Shown here: positions 1-12,425 of the stretch, piece by piece
How positions within the stretch are numbered: position 1 is the stretch's first letter
Layout of the letters: every line of letters begins with the position of its first letter
DNA from: Camelus dromedarius
Taxonomy: Eukaryota
Length of the DNA: 64,000 nt
Assembly: GCF_036321535.1 (NCBI RefSeq)
Contig: NC_087436.1
Coordinates: forward strand, 17,918,001 to 17,982,000
Direction of reading: 5' to 3'
Position numbers and translations under genes: made by a program
The notes under the pieces: generated by a model
The model's input: the letters and a program-made list of their open reading frames with translations, nothing else
The model's database searches: none
Told to the model about the DNA's origin: nothing

Positions 1-173
1 AAGGATTATTTGCTATGATATGAAAATAAAGATGCCAGAAAGAAGTAGCTACTTTCTTGATATAAATAACATCTTGTCAACATTTTTAAATGGTGCAGTT
101 TGATTGATTTTGCCCATAGAATCTTCTTCTAGACCCAAGTAAAAATTAAACGTTTATTGTGATTCTTTTTCAG

Positions 174-194
174 AAAATCAAGTCAAGATTGAAG
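174..194 (+). other. Candidate 21-nt microexon
   Basis: ttctttttcag|AAAATCAAGTCAAGATTGAAG|gtactg; frame-preserving; splice motifs only. Confidence 0.3.
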
Positions 195-759
195 GTACTG
201 TCCTTGCTTATTTCACTGACACGAAAAATATTTTATACCATAGACACATGTCAACATGTTTACTTTTTCATTTCGTTCATTAATCTTTGTTTTTGTTTTT
301 GTTTTATAAAAAGGAAATTTCACTAGGATATAGCTGGAGGATACTTGTTTCCAGATACAATTAACAGTAGAGGATATTATATTGATAATCAGATAGGTTT
401 TATGACAATCTTCTTAGAATACGTGGAGGGTCTAAGAAAGTATGGATGATTAACAAGAGATAGGGAGTCTGCTTTTACAAAGATGCTGTCAGACACTGTG
501 ATGAATTTTCTTTATATCCTAAAATATTTTTCACTGTTGGAGAGAAAATTTTCACTGGACTGAATAAAAATAAATTTAAAATTTGGGCAAAAAATATTGC
601 TTTATTTGTGCCTCAGCTTTCTCATAATGAAAATTTAGGTAGTTAGGCTAAGGTATAAGGACCCTTGAGGTTCTTTTAGGCATTGACATATGTAATTAAT
701 AATTCTTACTTTCAGTGTTCTTCTAGAAATATAGTATATAATTATACCAGTATAGTTTA

Positions 760-940
760 GTTCTAGTATAACCAGTGGGCAAAGCAATTAGACTGAGACT
801 TGGGGGGCCAAGTTCTTATCAATTTGACCTTTATTTATTAATTATAGGACCTTGAGGCTGTTGAGTTTTTCTGAGTCCAGTCTCCTCATCTGTGAAATAA
901 TCAGTAGAACGTGATGGTCTTAGATGTTTCTTCTGACGTG
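760..940 (+). mobile_element. MIR SINE fragment
   Basis: Degenerate MIR core 'ctgagtccagtctcctcatctgtgaaataa'; boundaries approximate. Confidence 0.6.
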
Positions 941-1309
941 AAAAGTCTCGGTAACACTCTATGATTATTTTGCCTTTTTTATAGACTGGAATTTGTGAAT
1001 AATGAGAATATGGTGTTCTGATGTAGGACATATTTAATTTACATTCATAGAAGGTAGGTAGGTAATTTTGTAATGTTGTATAATTTGAAGGAATTTTTCT
1101 TATCTCTTTAATTCCCACTGATTTTAGAATCCTTTTTCTTTTATTTATGGTAGTCCCTTGTCATTCAATGTCATTCATAGAGAGAACATGAGAAAAATGG
1201 CTGACAGATTATAGAGTATTCGGTAATTTTGAAGAGTTCCAGTGCAAATTAAACCTTCGAGGTCGGGGACACCATATCACATCTTGAGAGGCAGCCTCAG
1301 AGCACTATG

Positions 1310-1470
1310 CCATAGCCTTTGAGCCCAGACCCTGGGTTGCAGACCTGGTTTTGTTACCCAAAATTTTGATCCCTGGGCTAATTTATTAAAATGCTCTGAT
1401 TCTGAGTTTCCTTGTCTCCAAAGTGAGGGTATCAATGACAGTTTTGTAGATATATTGTACATATTAACTG
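1310..1470 (+). mobile_element. MIR SINE fragment
   Basis: 'gagcccagaccctgggttgcagacctgg...ctctgattctgagtttccttgtctccaaagtgaggg' follows the MIR layout. Confidence 0.65.
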
Positions 1471-1516
1471 AGTTGAAATTAGATTGTGTGCAACTACCCT
1501 TAACTTCAATTTTAAC

Positions 1517-1900
1517 TTTTTTTTTATTGAAGTATGGTCAGTTACAATGTGTCAGTTTCTGATGTACAGCATAGTGTCCCAATCATGCATGTATGTAGTT
1601 CATCGAAAGATGACTGGATAAAGAAGTTGTGGTATATTTATACAGTGGAATACTACTTAGTGATAATAAAGAATAAAATAATGCCATTTGCAGCAACATG
1701 AATGGACCTGGAGATTATCATATTAAGGAAGTCAGAGGAAGAAAAATACCATATGATATGACTCATATGTGGAATCTAAAAAAAAAAAAAAAGAAAAGAA
1801 AAAAGAGGACACTAATGAACTCATCAAACAGAAACATAGTCAACAATTTTATGGTTACCAGAGGGAAGGGGTTGGGAAGGGATAAATTTGGGAGTTTGAA
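1517..1900 (-). mobile_element. 5'-truncated, 5'-inverted L1 (young camelid-type 3' end)
   Basis: polyT plus reverse-complement L1 3' terminus at about 1517-1598, then forward ORF2-end/3'UTR at about 1600-1900. TSD-like 'aattttaac' on both sides; the right copy is followed by a TTTT/AA endonuclease site. Confidence 0.85.
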
Positions 1901-4900
1901 ATTTTAACATTTTTTAAATGTTTCAGTTCAAGTCAGCGAATTTTTGTTGGGTAACTAAGGAGCTGTACTCGGGGGGATGTGTGTATATTCCTGGATAATA
2001 AAAATGGAAGGCATGTTGTGGAAAAATTAGTTGTAAAGCAGGTGAATGAGAGTACAGTCATGGAGATGGGATGGTAGATTTTAACTGGTAAGATTGTGCA
2101 GGACTGCATAAGAAGGTGGATTTGGGCTGGATTTTACCAAGGGGAGAAGAAAGAGGGGCTTCCAGGCAGGAGGGAGAGCCGTCAGTGCTGGCCAGCTTAG
2201 TGTGTTGCTGAGTCTTGGTTTCTCTTGGAAGGAAGGACAGACAAATAGAAGTTGCTTCAGGAGGAAATCAAGTACAGCATTGCTGTATGTAGGAAGAAAT
2301 TATGTTCAATCCCCTTAGTAACTGGAGACTTACATAAAGTGCTGGTTTATTCTAATGTCTTTTATGTATATAAATCAGATATAATCAAATATGGCTGAAA
2401 AAATATATAAAATCAGATATTGTCAGATATTGCTGAAAAATCTTTTAATTACAGTGATATATAAATTCTTCTAGTAGTAGGAAAGTCTTGTACTCCTAAC
2501 TTTTGAACCAATTAAGATGAAAAAGTCCTTTAAAAGGATTAAACTATCTGAAGCATACTCAGAAATCAGTGGAAGGATTGGCATATTTAATCTTGGTTAT
2601 TATTACTTCAAATCGTGCTATAACTTTGGAGTTGATCCAGTGAATATCTGAGTTTAAGTGTTACTGACTTTGAAGAATAAAGTCAGTGTTTCCTTCCATA
2701 TACCTTCCCTTTGGTAGCAAGCCATTTAAAACAATATTACGTATATAATATAAACTGTGTAAAATACAAAAATTATATAATGAACATATATATTATAAAA
2801 TATATTATTTAAGCTGTTGTGAGTTATATTGCTTATAGATACGTTGTGTTTCTAATTTCCAATAGGAAATATTTTTCTCAAGACTTGAGTCAAATATTTT
2901 CTTAGGTGTTAAGAGATTTCTTTTAGTATTTCTTTTAGTGTTTGGCTGCATCTGCTCAGCTTTGGGGAGTGCCGAGATTACCAGTCACATCATCTTTAAG
3001 GATGTGAATAGGACTACTGAGAAGAAGTAGTCAAGGCCAGGGTTTTTGTTTGAAGAATGTATTAACTAGACATTTAAGTGAAGGGCATATAGCATATTTT
3101 AAAAACAGGAGATCATGGTATAGTATCTAGAATTCTATTTCTGCTGTGTCGTTAGTTCACCAGGAGATTTTCAGAAAGTGAGACATCTTTCTGCTTTGGT
3201 TTATTTATCCATAGAACACATTTTAAGGTGGAATGTGCTATTTAATACAATGTTTTTACAGAGAACAGATCTTAATTTCAGTACCTTATGGTTGGAAAGA
3301 CCAGTCTTCATTTGCTAAAACATCACGCAGGTGTATTTTGCTTCCAGTTTTAGATATATTCTATTAAAGTTGCCACTATGAATTTTTGGAACATGAGCAG
3401 TATTCAGCCCTCCTTGTTATTTCTTCTCTGACTGGGGCACTGATAGTACTTGATACAGATAGTAATGGATGTTTGCAGAATGAATAAATGAAATATCAAG
3501 GGCATAAAAATAATCATTTTCATGGAAAAAGTTGAATCGTTGACTTTCTCCACCTTGTTCTTTTAATGTTCTTTTTGGATGCTGTGACTCACAAGCTTAT
3601 GAAGCAATGACCTTACGTAATGTATCTAATCTTCGGTTTATCCATTTGTATCATATCTATCACAGCACCTGTCTCTCAGGTTAGTGAGGATTACATTAGA
3701 GAATGTTTTCATTTGAGCGAAATTTTCAGAAAAATGTTCAGTATAAATTTGTTTGGCATCCCTCCAAAGTTCTTGGTGCTTTTGAATGTTTTTTCCTCCG
3801 ATTTTTTTCTCTCTGGTGTATTAAAGACTGCATTTAAAGGGACTGTTTATGCACAAGACTATTGGTATAAAAATTTCACTTTCTATAAGACAAGATATAC
3901 CTGTTTAATTCTGTGATGTGACAGTGTCTTTGGGGAGCCTCTTTTGTCTCTGTATATTTATACAACTGTAGAATTATAAAGTCCTCAAGGCAGTGGGCCT
4001 TTGGGGATTTATCTCGTTCCCTCTGCAGATAGGTCCAGATAAATTTTTACCAGCTGTCCTTTCTCCCACATGATTATAAGAATTAAACGTAATGACGGGA
4101 ACTTAACAATCATATCTTATTCTCTAAATAATGCTTATTAGTAAGGTTGATTTTTTTAAATTTTAAAGTAAACCAGACTGTGAGTGTGTGTTTTTCCCCA
4201 GATATCTGAATTTCAGCACCCCCTCCCCTTCATCCATTTCTATTTCTTACAAATTGCATGGTGAGGGAAACTCTGATCTAAATCTCTTGATTATGACAGC
4301 ATTCCATGTAATTTTACCCAGAGTAATACACAGCTATTTCTTTCACATGTAGGCTTACTGACACACACATACATAGGGGGTAAAAGTTACATAAGAAGTT
4401 TCATTATATGAGTCTTCTAACTATTTAGTCAGTTTCAAGATGACCATCACAAGACATTTGAGCAAAATACATTGAATAGCAACCTTCTCATGGCTCAGTA
4501 AAGTTTTCTGTTGTTTTTATTTGTTTGTTTTTAGCTGTCGAGTTATTTTAATTGCTTTGCAGTATAATTGCTCCAAATTTCGATCCATCAGAAAATAAGT
4601 GTTGAGAAGACAGAAAAGCTGTCTTCTGAACTCTTGTGTTGGCATCTGTGTCTTTGGTAGCTTGACCAGGTGTGTCATGAGGTCCGTGGGGCCCATGGTC
4701 CAGGTTTCCTTTCAGTCAGGAGCAGGAACTCTGTGTTGTTCCTCTTGCTGACTGCCCAGCTGAGTCTGGCCAGTTGTCTTGCACCTGTCTCTGGCCGTCC
4801 ATCCCCGCGGGACAGATCTTTGCATCCATCACCGCTGCTAGCTAAACTTCAAAGCTCATGTCTCCCTGTGGACGGGCTGGCCGCACCATCTTGGTCTAGG

Positions 4901-5564
4901 GGACAGCATGCTCTGCCTGATTTAGAAAGTTTCTGCTTCTGAAAAGTCTGTGCTTGGTTCCAACCCCTCACTCCCATCACTTGCTTCTGATTCCGTGTGG
5001 TTTTGTGTGGTGTGTGGAGAGACTGTGACAGCCAGCACAGCTAACCGTGAGCTCAGAGGCAAGTCTTGTTGCTTTTGGCAGTGGAGCTCACCGCTGCTGC
5101 CTTCCCTTCTGCAACATTATTATGTTTATTGTGTCTTGGGCTCCTCATTAAGATCCGACCAAGAGGGGAAACTGGTGTCTCTGGATAAGAATTTCTATAA
5201 TGATGTTAGAGTGGGCACAGTCCATTTGTGGTAGGGAAATGGCAGATTATGTTTTATAATTTAGAGAAACTGAAGGATTTAAGAGAAATGGTGATCATGG
5301 TGATTATGCTCATGCCAAAGAAATATTTGTCAGTTTTCAGATCTGTTATCAGTTAATTTCTGTCAGCTGATTTTTTTTTTTAGTCCAACTCTGATATTTC
5401 ATGCTTCAAGTCAAGTGTATATTTCTGATAATGCTGCCATTTGGGGCATTTAAATTTCCCTGGGCAAATGCTGTAGTCATGAAATACATGTGGGGGTGTG
5501 TGTGCAAATGAAGAGCATTAGAAGGTGGCTTACATCAAAGTGAAATTGTATTCTAATTTATTGT

Positions 5565-5705
5565 TTAAAATATATTTTTATTAAAGTATAGTCAGTTTAC
5601 AGTGTGTCAATTTCTGGTTACAGCACAATACTTCAGTCATATAGGAACATATATATATTCATTTTCATACTTTTTCAACTGTAAGTTACTGTAAGATATT
5701 GAATA
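5565..5705 (-). mobile_element. Short L1 3' end
   Basis: 'ttaaagtatagtcagtttacagtgtgtcaatttctgg' is shared with other copies; TSD 'tctaatttatt' at 5552-5562 and 5706-5716. Confidence 0.85.
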
Positions 5706-6714
5706 TCTAATTTATTTTTAATTCATGCCGTGGGCACTTTAAACAAAATTTCAAAAGAGCTCTAGATTTTATCCATTTATAGCAAACTCTTTGAAAACCA
5801 CATACACTCACGAATGCAGTGCCATGTATGAAATCATAGTTTCCAGACTTGCTCTTGTAACCCATTCTGGATCATTTTTGCATAAACTCTATTAAGGGAA
5901 CTAATGTGTTCGCCTGCTAACAGGTAATTGCCAAGGGTGACCAGTGCCACGACTTGCAAAGGACTCTGAAGTGCTGGTTCTACTTGGACAGAATGCAGTC
6001 AGTGGAGTGTAGACTCAAAGAGGAGCTGAGCGTAGCAGGTTGAGAAAAGGTGGAGAAGGAACGTTAGTACCAGGGAAGCATCCCCAGTATGGTGGGAGAA
6101 AAGCTGTCTCCACTGGGCGGTGTCCTTGGGGAAATCACGCTGGACAAAGTGGAGCAAGAGACTTACGAACTGAGATTGCCTCTTTCCGGGGCCTCCCTGT
6201 GGGTGCCTCCTAAATGTTCGTTTGTGCCTTTTATATTGCTCTGTCTTTTCCTTTTCTCGCTGTCTCCCAGCCAGTGCCAGTCTGTGTCCCCACCCAGTCC
6301 CCAGATTTCTGCTGTTCCTCCCTCACCCATGTTTAACGGGCCATCCGTTATCTAGTGATAGAATGCGGAGGACTCACAACGTGCTCGGTGTAACTGGGAC
6401 CCGGGAAGGATTCACTTTGTGATTGTGTATGTCAAGGTGCCATGTTAATTTTATGAATTATAAAACCATGCCACTGTTGGTTACTCATTATTATTATTTA
6501 AAATAATGGTGATGTAATGGTAACAACAGCAGAGATGGGTCAGGGGACAGGAGGGGCTAAAAATAACCACTGCCATGGAAAGTGCTACTGCACAGCTCAG
6601 GGTTCTACCCCCTTCCCTGGGTTCTTTTCAATGAGGAGGTAGTAGTTCCATGGAAACACTTTCTTAATATGAAAATCACGTCCCAGCCGGAGAAGTTAGA
6701 ACTCTTCGTCTCCC

Positions 6715-6995
6715 AACAGGAAGTGACGTTAAGGTGAAACCAGAAGTGTGCGGAGGCTCGGCGGTGAGAGACTGCCTGCGAGCCTGAGCAGGGGTGTCAG
6801 TGGAGAAGAGGGAGAGGACGGGGGACTGGCCTCGTGTGGGGAGAGGTGTGGCCATGCCCCCACGAGGGTATCAGGACAAGTGGGAGACACTTAAGTGGAA
6901 TCAGTGGGCCTCGGTGAGTGATCGATGGCGGGGGTTTGGGGAGAAGAGAGAGTTCAGGGATGATGCTGGGACCTGGCTTTGGCGTCTGGGTAGGT
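6715..6995 (+). mobile_element. L2 LINE fragment (locally GC/CpG-rich)
   Basis: 'ggaagtgacgttaaggtgaaaccagaag' and 'gggatgatgctgggacctggctttggcgtctgggtag' resemble L2 3'-region motifs. Confidence 0.55.
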
Positions 6996-9244
6996 GGTAG
7001 GGGAAACAGCAGGAGGGCAGGTGTGTGTCTCTGGGTGGATGCATATTGGGTAATTTGCAGTTTTTCGTATTTTCTTGTTGTTGTTTTTAAAGAGGGATGT
7101 ATTTCTGAACATAAGGAAAACAGGTTTTTCATGTTTTTTGAAAAACTTAACTTCCTCCTCAAAGATTTTTCTAGTTATCTCTTCGCCGTCACTAAAGTAA
7201 TGCTGAACATAAATCCTTCACGATGTGGCTAATGAAAAATTTGTGTAGTTCTCTCAACTTAGAAGGTATATTACATTTGCCTTTGTGACTTTATGGATAT
7301 TAGGTTGAGATTGTGGTTAAGCTAATGAACTGAAGAACTCAAGCTGACGGTCTCATCATTCAATCCAGCAGCTTGTCTTAAATTTCAGGATAATATCTAT
7401 TCATTCATGATTGCTTAGCTCGAGTTCTTTTGGTGCGTTAACATTTTTCATATTAAACCCAAGCTGAATTTTAATAAGACTTTTTTTTCAGTTTGAGAGT
7501 ACCTTTAAAGTTTTTAATATTTTATAGGTTCCAGGTAACTGGTGGCATTGTTGGTTTAACATTATGATAGTATTTATGTAATCTGATCTAGACCAACAGA
7601 ACAATCAAAGTATATTGGAAGTTTGTGTCTAATATTTGGGTTGCTATAACAGCTCAGTTGTGTTCATTTGTTGGAAACCACCACTTAATTTTTAGGTAGC
7701 TTTTGAAATGTAGCAAAGTCTCATGACAAATCCATTTTATTACATATATATGGGACAGTGACTCAAATGTAGAGGTACTAGAACCTTTTTGCCCTTTTCA
7801 AGTAACATGGACTTTTTAAAATGGATAATCTTAGAGGTGACAAAACTCAAGGCTGTGTTCATGGAATGTAACATAGTTTCTGAATTTTATAAGGGCTGTG
7901 TTTTACTTACTAATGGATCATGCAGTGTTAGCATAACATTATAGAAAATAAGTCGTGGTGGCTTCTTTTGTAGATTGGTGTTGAAATCACATTGCCAATG
8001 TGATTGTACATCTACCTATTGTTTTAATAAAATCCAAACTTTCACTGTTTGAATTGATGTTCTTAAAAATTCATTTTTATTGTAGTTCTAAAAGAGGTTT
8101 TTTTTTTTTTTAATTTTAGCTTTTGATATTCAAGGTGGAATGTAATCACTCTGAATTTAAGTATGCAGGAGAAAGAGGAAATCAGAAATTTTGATGATTT
8201 GATTGATCTTATCTTTGCCTTGTATATGAGGGGGCTTGTGAGCAGATGAGAAAGAATAGACACATTCCTTTGGATTGAATTTATCAGTTTAGGTTTTACT
8301 AAATCAGGACTTGTATCTGGAAATTTATAAATGAATTTTAGAGCCAGCAACTTTTTTCTCTTCTAGTATATCTTCTAGAATATTTTAATCCTTCTAAAAA
8401 ACAAGTGTGTAAAAAAAGAAAATGGCTGAAATTACTTAAAAAATTCCTTCACACTTCAATCACATAATTGGTGAAAGGCTTAATCTCCCTTCACTGTACA
8501 GCATGTAGAGCGGGCATGTATCCCAATTACAGCCCTGGAAGGTCAACCTTATCTTTAGGAGGAGAAAGAACTTGCCTCTGTGTGCATTGACTTGTTCCTT
8601 ATAGGTTTTCCATGAGTCTCCTGATACCAAGAATTTTGTCTAGTTGTCCCCACAACTATACTCATGCTTGTCAAACCATGTCTGTTTGTTTTGGGTTCAG
8701 GAACCGGTCTCCATGTCTACAAGGAATGAATTTGGGGCTATTTTGAGGTCTCACTACATGAGGTACCTTGGATGCTACTGAAGTCAGGGAGCAAGCAGTG
8801 TGTTACAAAATTCTCGGGGAAAGTTGCGTACGGTGGGGCAGAATGCCCAGGAGAGAGGATTTGGGGAGAAAAAACATGGAAACAAATGCACCCTTTAACA
8901 TCCTTGTGTGTGGATACACCTGCTATGTTACCTTTTTCTTTGATTTAGAAACCAAAATATATATTTAGAAACCAAAATACATGTTTTCAGAACACTAGGT
9001 TTTTAAAAATTCTTTATTTCCTGAAATCTTTTTAGAGATTTATATAAAGATTTGGAAAAATTAAGACTGGTGGAGGTTGGGAAATAAAAGTTTTGGATTT
9101 ATGAAATGTAGAATTTTCTGGCTTTTTTGTTTGTTTGTTTGACCTTTAGCTTTTGATACTGATATTAAGGACGACTTTTTTTTCATGTATTGAAACACTT
9201 TGAAACTTCTGTGGCCAATTTATAAATTGATGAACTTTGTTATG

Positions 9245-9720
9245 ACAGTTGGCAAGGGTCCCAGTGGAGTTGGTGGAATTTCCAATAGTTCATGAGCTGG
9301 GATGAGGGAAATAATTACACTTTTATTTTCACTAATATCTAACTGAAATTTAGCATTTCCCTTAATTCTGAATGCAGGCAACAAACCATAGTAGTATTGA
9401 CAGCCCATGACTTTGCCACTGATAGAAGTCACAGATGTTTTCATGTCACACTATAGTTGTTGTACATATCTCAAAATATTTAAGCTCATCACTACTTTAA
9501 AATTACAGTATTTATTAGACCCACACTGGATCTTGTTATTTAAAAGATTAATAAAGCAGTACATTACTGTATCACATTTTAAAATATTTTGATAACTGTC
9601 AATCTATTTGTTTTCTGTGTAATCTAGTTATACACTAAGAAAACCATGTATTTCCAAGAAGAGGTCCATAGACTTTACCAGATTGCCAAAAGGATGCATG
9701 GTACAAATAAGGCCTTGGTG
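9245..9720. mobile_element. hAT-Charlie type DNA transposon fossil (MER113-like)
   Basis: End 'ggtccatagactttaccagattgccaaaaggatgcatggtacaaa' and internal motifs resemble ancient eutherian hAT MERs; subfamily uncertain. Confidence 0.55.
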
Positions 9721-9750
9721 GGGTGGGGGGGTTGAGCAGATGGGTATTTT

Positions 9751-10192
9751 ATTTTATTTTTATTATTTTTTATTGAAATATAGTCAGTTACAATGTGTCA
9801 GTTTCTGCTGTTCAGCACAATGTCCTAGTCATGCATATACATACATACATACATACATACATATATTCATTTTCATATTATTTTTCATTAAAGGTTATTA
9901 CAAGATATTGAACATAGTTCTTTGTGCTATACAGAAGAAATTTTTTAAAAATGTATTTTTATATATAGTGGCTAACATTTCTAAATCTCAAACTCCCAAA
10001 TTTATCCCTTCCCACCCCCTTTCCCCAGTAACCATAGGATTGTATACTATGTCTGCAAATCTGTTTCTGTTTTGTAGATGAAATGACAATCTCCAGGTCC
10101 ATCCATGTTGCTGCAAATGGCATTATTTTATTATTTTATTACTTTTTATGGCTGAGTAGTATTCCTTCATATAAAGATACCACAACTTCTTT
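9751..10192 (-). mobile_element. 5'-truncated L1 with internal deletion
   Basis: Perfect 14-bp TSD 'cagatgggtatttt' at 9737-9750 and 10193-10206; T-rich tail; colinear with the copy at 47460-48455 except for a gap near 10080. Confidence 0.92.
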
Positions 10193-11779
10193 CAGATGGG
10201 TATTTTAGAGCGAGTTTAACCAGCACCTCATAGATGTGTCATATGATGACAGTAACCATTGACTTAAGAAATTACTGTAAAGATAAAATGGGGGAAATAG
10301 TTTTGAAACATGTTAGTATTATGCATACAGATGTTATTCAGTGAGTTGAGGTTTTTGCCTTTATAAGAAAATGCATGTATAATTAATAATTATTAAGAGC
10401 ACAAATGAGGCATCTAATATAAATTCTGAGTTCACCCTGCTGCTTTAAAGTACAGTGCACTGTCATTGCACTTGGCGCCAAACTACTCCAGGAACACACC
10501 AGTTTCAATGTAGCTCACGAAACATTACCATTCACGGGAGCAAAGAGGATTACATTTCCCTAAATATTTCTTTTTACATTGACTCTTGTAATCTCCGATC
10601 CTCTGATGCAAACTGATGGGCTTCAGTGCTCCCCAAAGCAATGCATTAGTCAGTCAGAGCATGGGAGAAGAGTGCATGTGGTTTCCAGCAAACCAAAGTG
10701 TAGCGGTGTGGTGAAGTCCCACTGCTTACTCAGTAGTATTAATCAAGAAATACAAGAAGTCTGAGGAGAGGAGAACGAAGGTATAGAGCATTGTATCTGA
10801 TGTTCTATAGAAGTTTTCTTCTGGTGACTTTATGGAGGTCATAAATATTATGCCATTTAACAGATGAGCAAACAAATAGGTATCAACTTATTAACTGGTC
10901 CTGTTACTCAGAAGTTACGAAAGCTGATTATTCAAGACGAAGTGTAAATCCATTTGACTGAATTAAAATATTACTGAGTAAAATTAATTAGGCATTAATT
11001 TTGAAATGTTGGGTTTTTTAGAAGAGTTTTCTATCTCAAATGCACCATTTTTTTTTCATTGGTGCTTGAGATTGAATATGCAGTTTGGGTAGGAGGGTAT
11101 TTGTACTTCTTTGAAATTATAGGTGAGACCTGGTACAGAGATACATATGAAAAATCAATGTTAATTGTTACGATTGGTGCTTTATTTTCATTTTTTGAAT
11201 CCTAACCCCTCATGCCTGTGACTTTGATCCACAGCAGACATGTTTTGAAGGTCTATTAAGTAAATGAGTGGCTGGAAAATGGAAGGAGGGCGAGTCATGT
11301 AGTGATGGGTCAGAATCCTGACTTGGAAATCTCTAAGATAACTATTCATTCAGAGAACACTAACAGCAGTTAAGTGACCACTAGAGATAAGAAGACAGAA
11401 GGACGAGAGAAAGGGCAAATAGAGTAAGAAAAGTAAGTTCACACTGTTGAGTAGCCTTGAAGTCCCCACGACCTCTGGCATCTGTCACTGCACACACAAG
11501 GGTCTCTGTATGAGGTGCTCAGGGCACGTGTCCTCCCATTTCACAGATGGAGCCCAGAAAGGGGAAGCAGCTGTCAGCTTTACAGAGGAGATTCAGAGCA
11601 GCATCTTCCAGTTAACATCTGGCCGCCTTCAGCCATATCCCACTGGTGCAGTGTCAGGAGGGAGAGGGATCGTGGAGAGAATGAAAAGTTGCAGAAGGAA
11701 ATGTAGGAAGAGGCAGTAAACAGACACATCATGGGAGCCTTGGTGCGGGGACTGCGAGGGTCTCCTTCGCCCTCTGCTG

Positions 11780-12425
11780 AAGTGTGCATTCCTCGGAGGC
11801 CCTTCCAGCTCCTGGCTCGTCCTCTACCTCTGCTGTATCTGATTTTCCTAGAATGTGACACTCTCTCTTATACCCCACAGCAGTTATCACAATTGTAATT
11901 ATTTGGGTAATTGTCTAGTTAAAGACCTCTTTCTTGAATATATACCTACACCATATCTTCTTGATCTAAAAAATAAAGGAATGAATATACAAAGCAGAAG
12001 CAGACTCACAGATACAGAGATCAAACTAGTGGTCACCAGTGGGGAGAGGGGAGGGGGAGGGGCAGCATGGGGGGCGGGGATTAGGAGATACAAACTGCTA
12101 TGTACAAAATAAATAAGCTACAAGGATATATTGTATGGCACGGGGAGTATAGCCAACATTTTAAAATAACTTTAAATGAAGTATAATCTATACAAGTATT
12201 GAAGCACTATGTTGTGCACCTGAAACTAATAATATTGTAAATCAACTATACCTCAATTAAAAAAAGTACCTCTTTCTTGCTCAAGAGTCTAGATTGTCAG
12301 TTCCATAGCAGTGAAAATGGTGCCCGTTTCTTCCCTGCTGTCATCTCAGAGCATGATGCCTGATACCCCAAAACTTTTGTGAACGCAGGGATGAATATAT
12401 ACAATATTATAAATGAATGGAAATA
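11780..12425. mobile_element. L2 3' fragment interrupted by an L1
   Basis: L2 terminal motifs 'agattgtcagttccatagcag...ctgctgtcatctcagagcatgatgcctga...tgaatg' resume after the L1. Confidence 0.6.
11937..12263 (+). mobile_element. Older L1 3' end with a short 5' inversion
   Basis: 'cagactcacagatacagagatcaaactagtggtcaccagtgggg...cacctgaaactaataatattgtaaatcaactatacctcaatt' plus polyA; TSD 'aaag(t)acctctttcttg' at 11921-11936 and 12263-12279. Confidence 0.85.

Noticed and set aside
2367..2440. Degenerate 37-bp tandem duplication (similar short ones near 8944, 37745, 42890)
   Set aside because: Ordinary slippage products with no sign of function.
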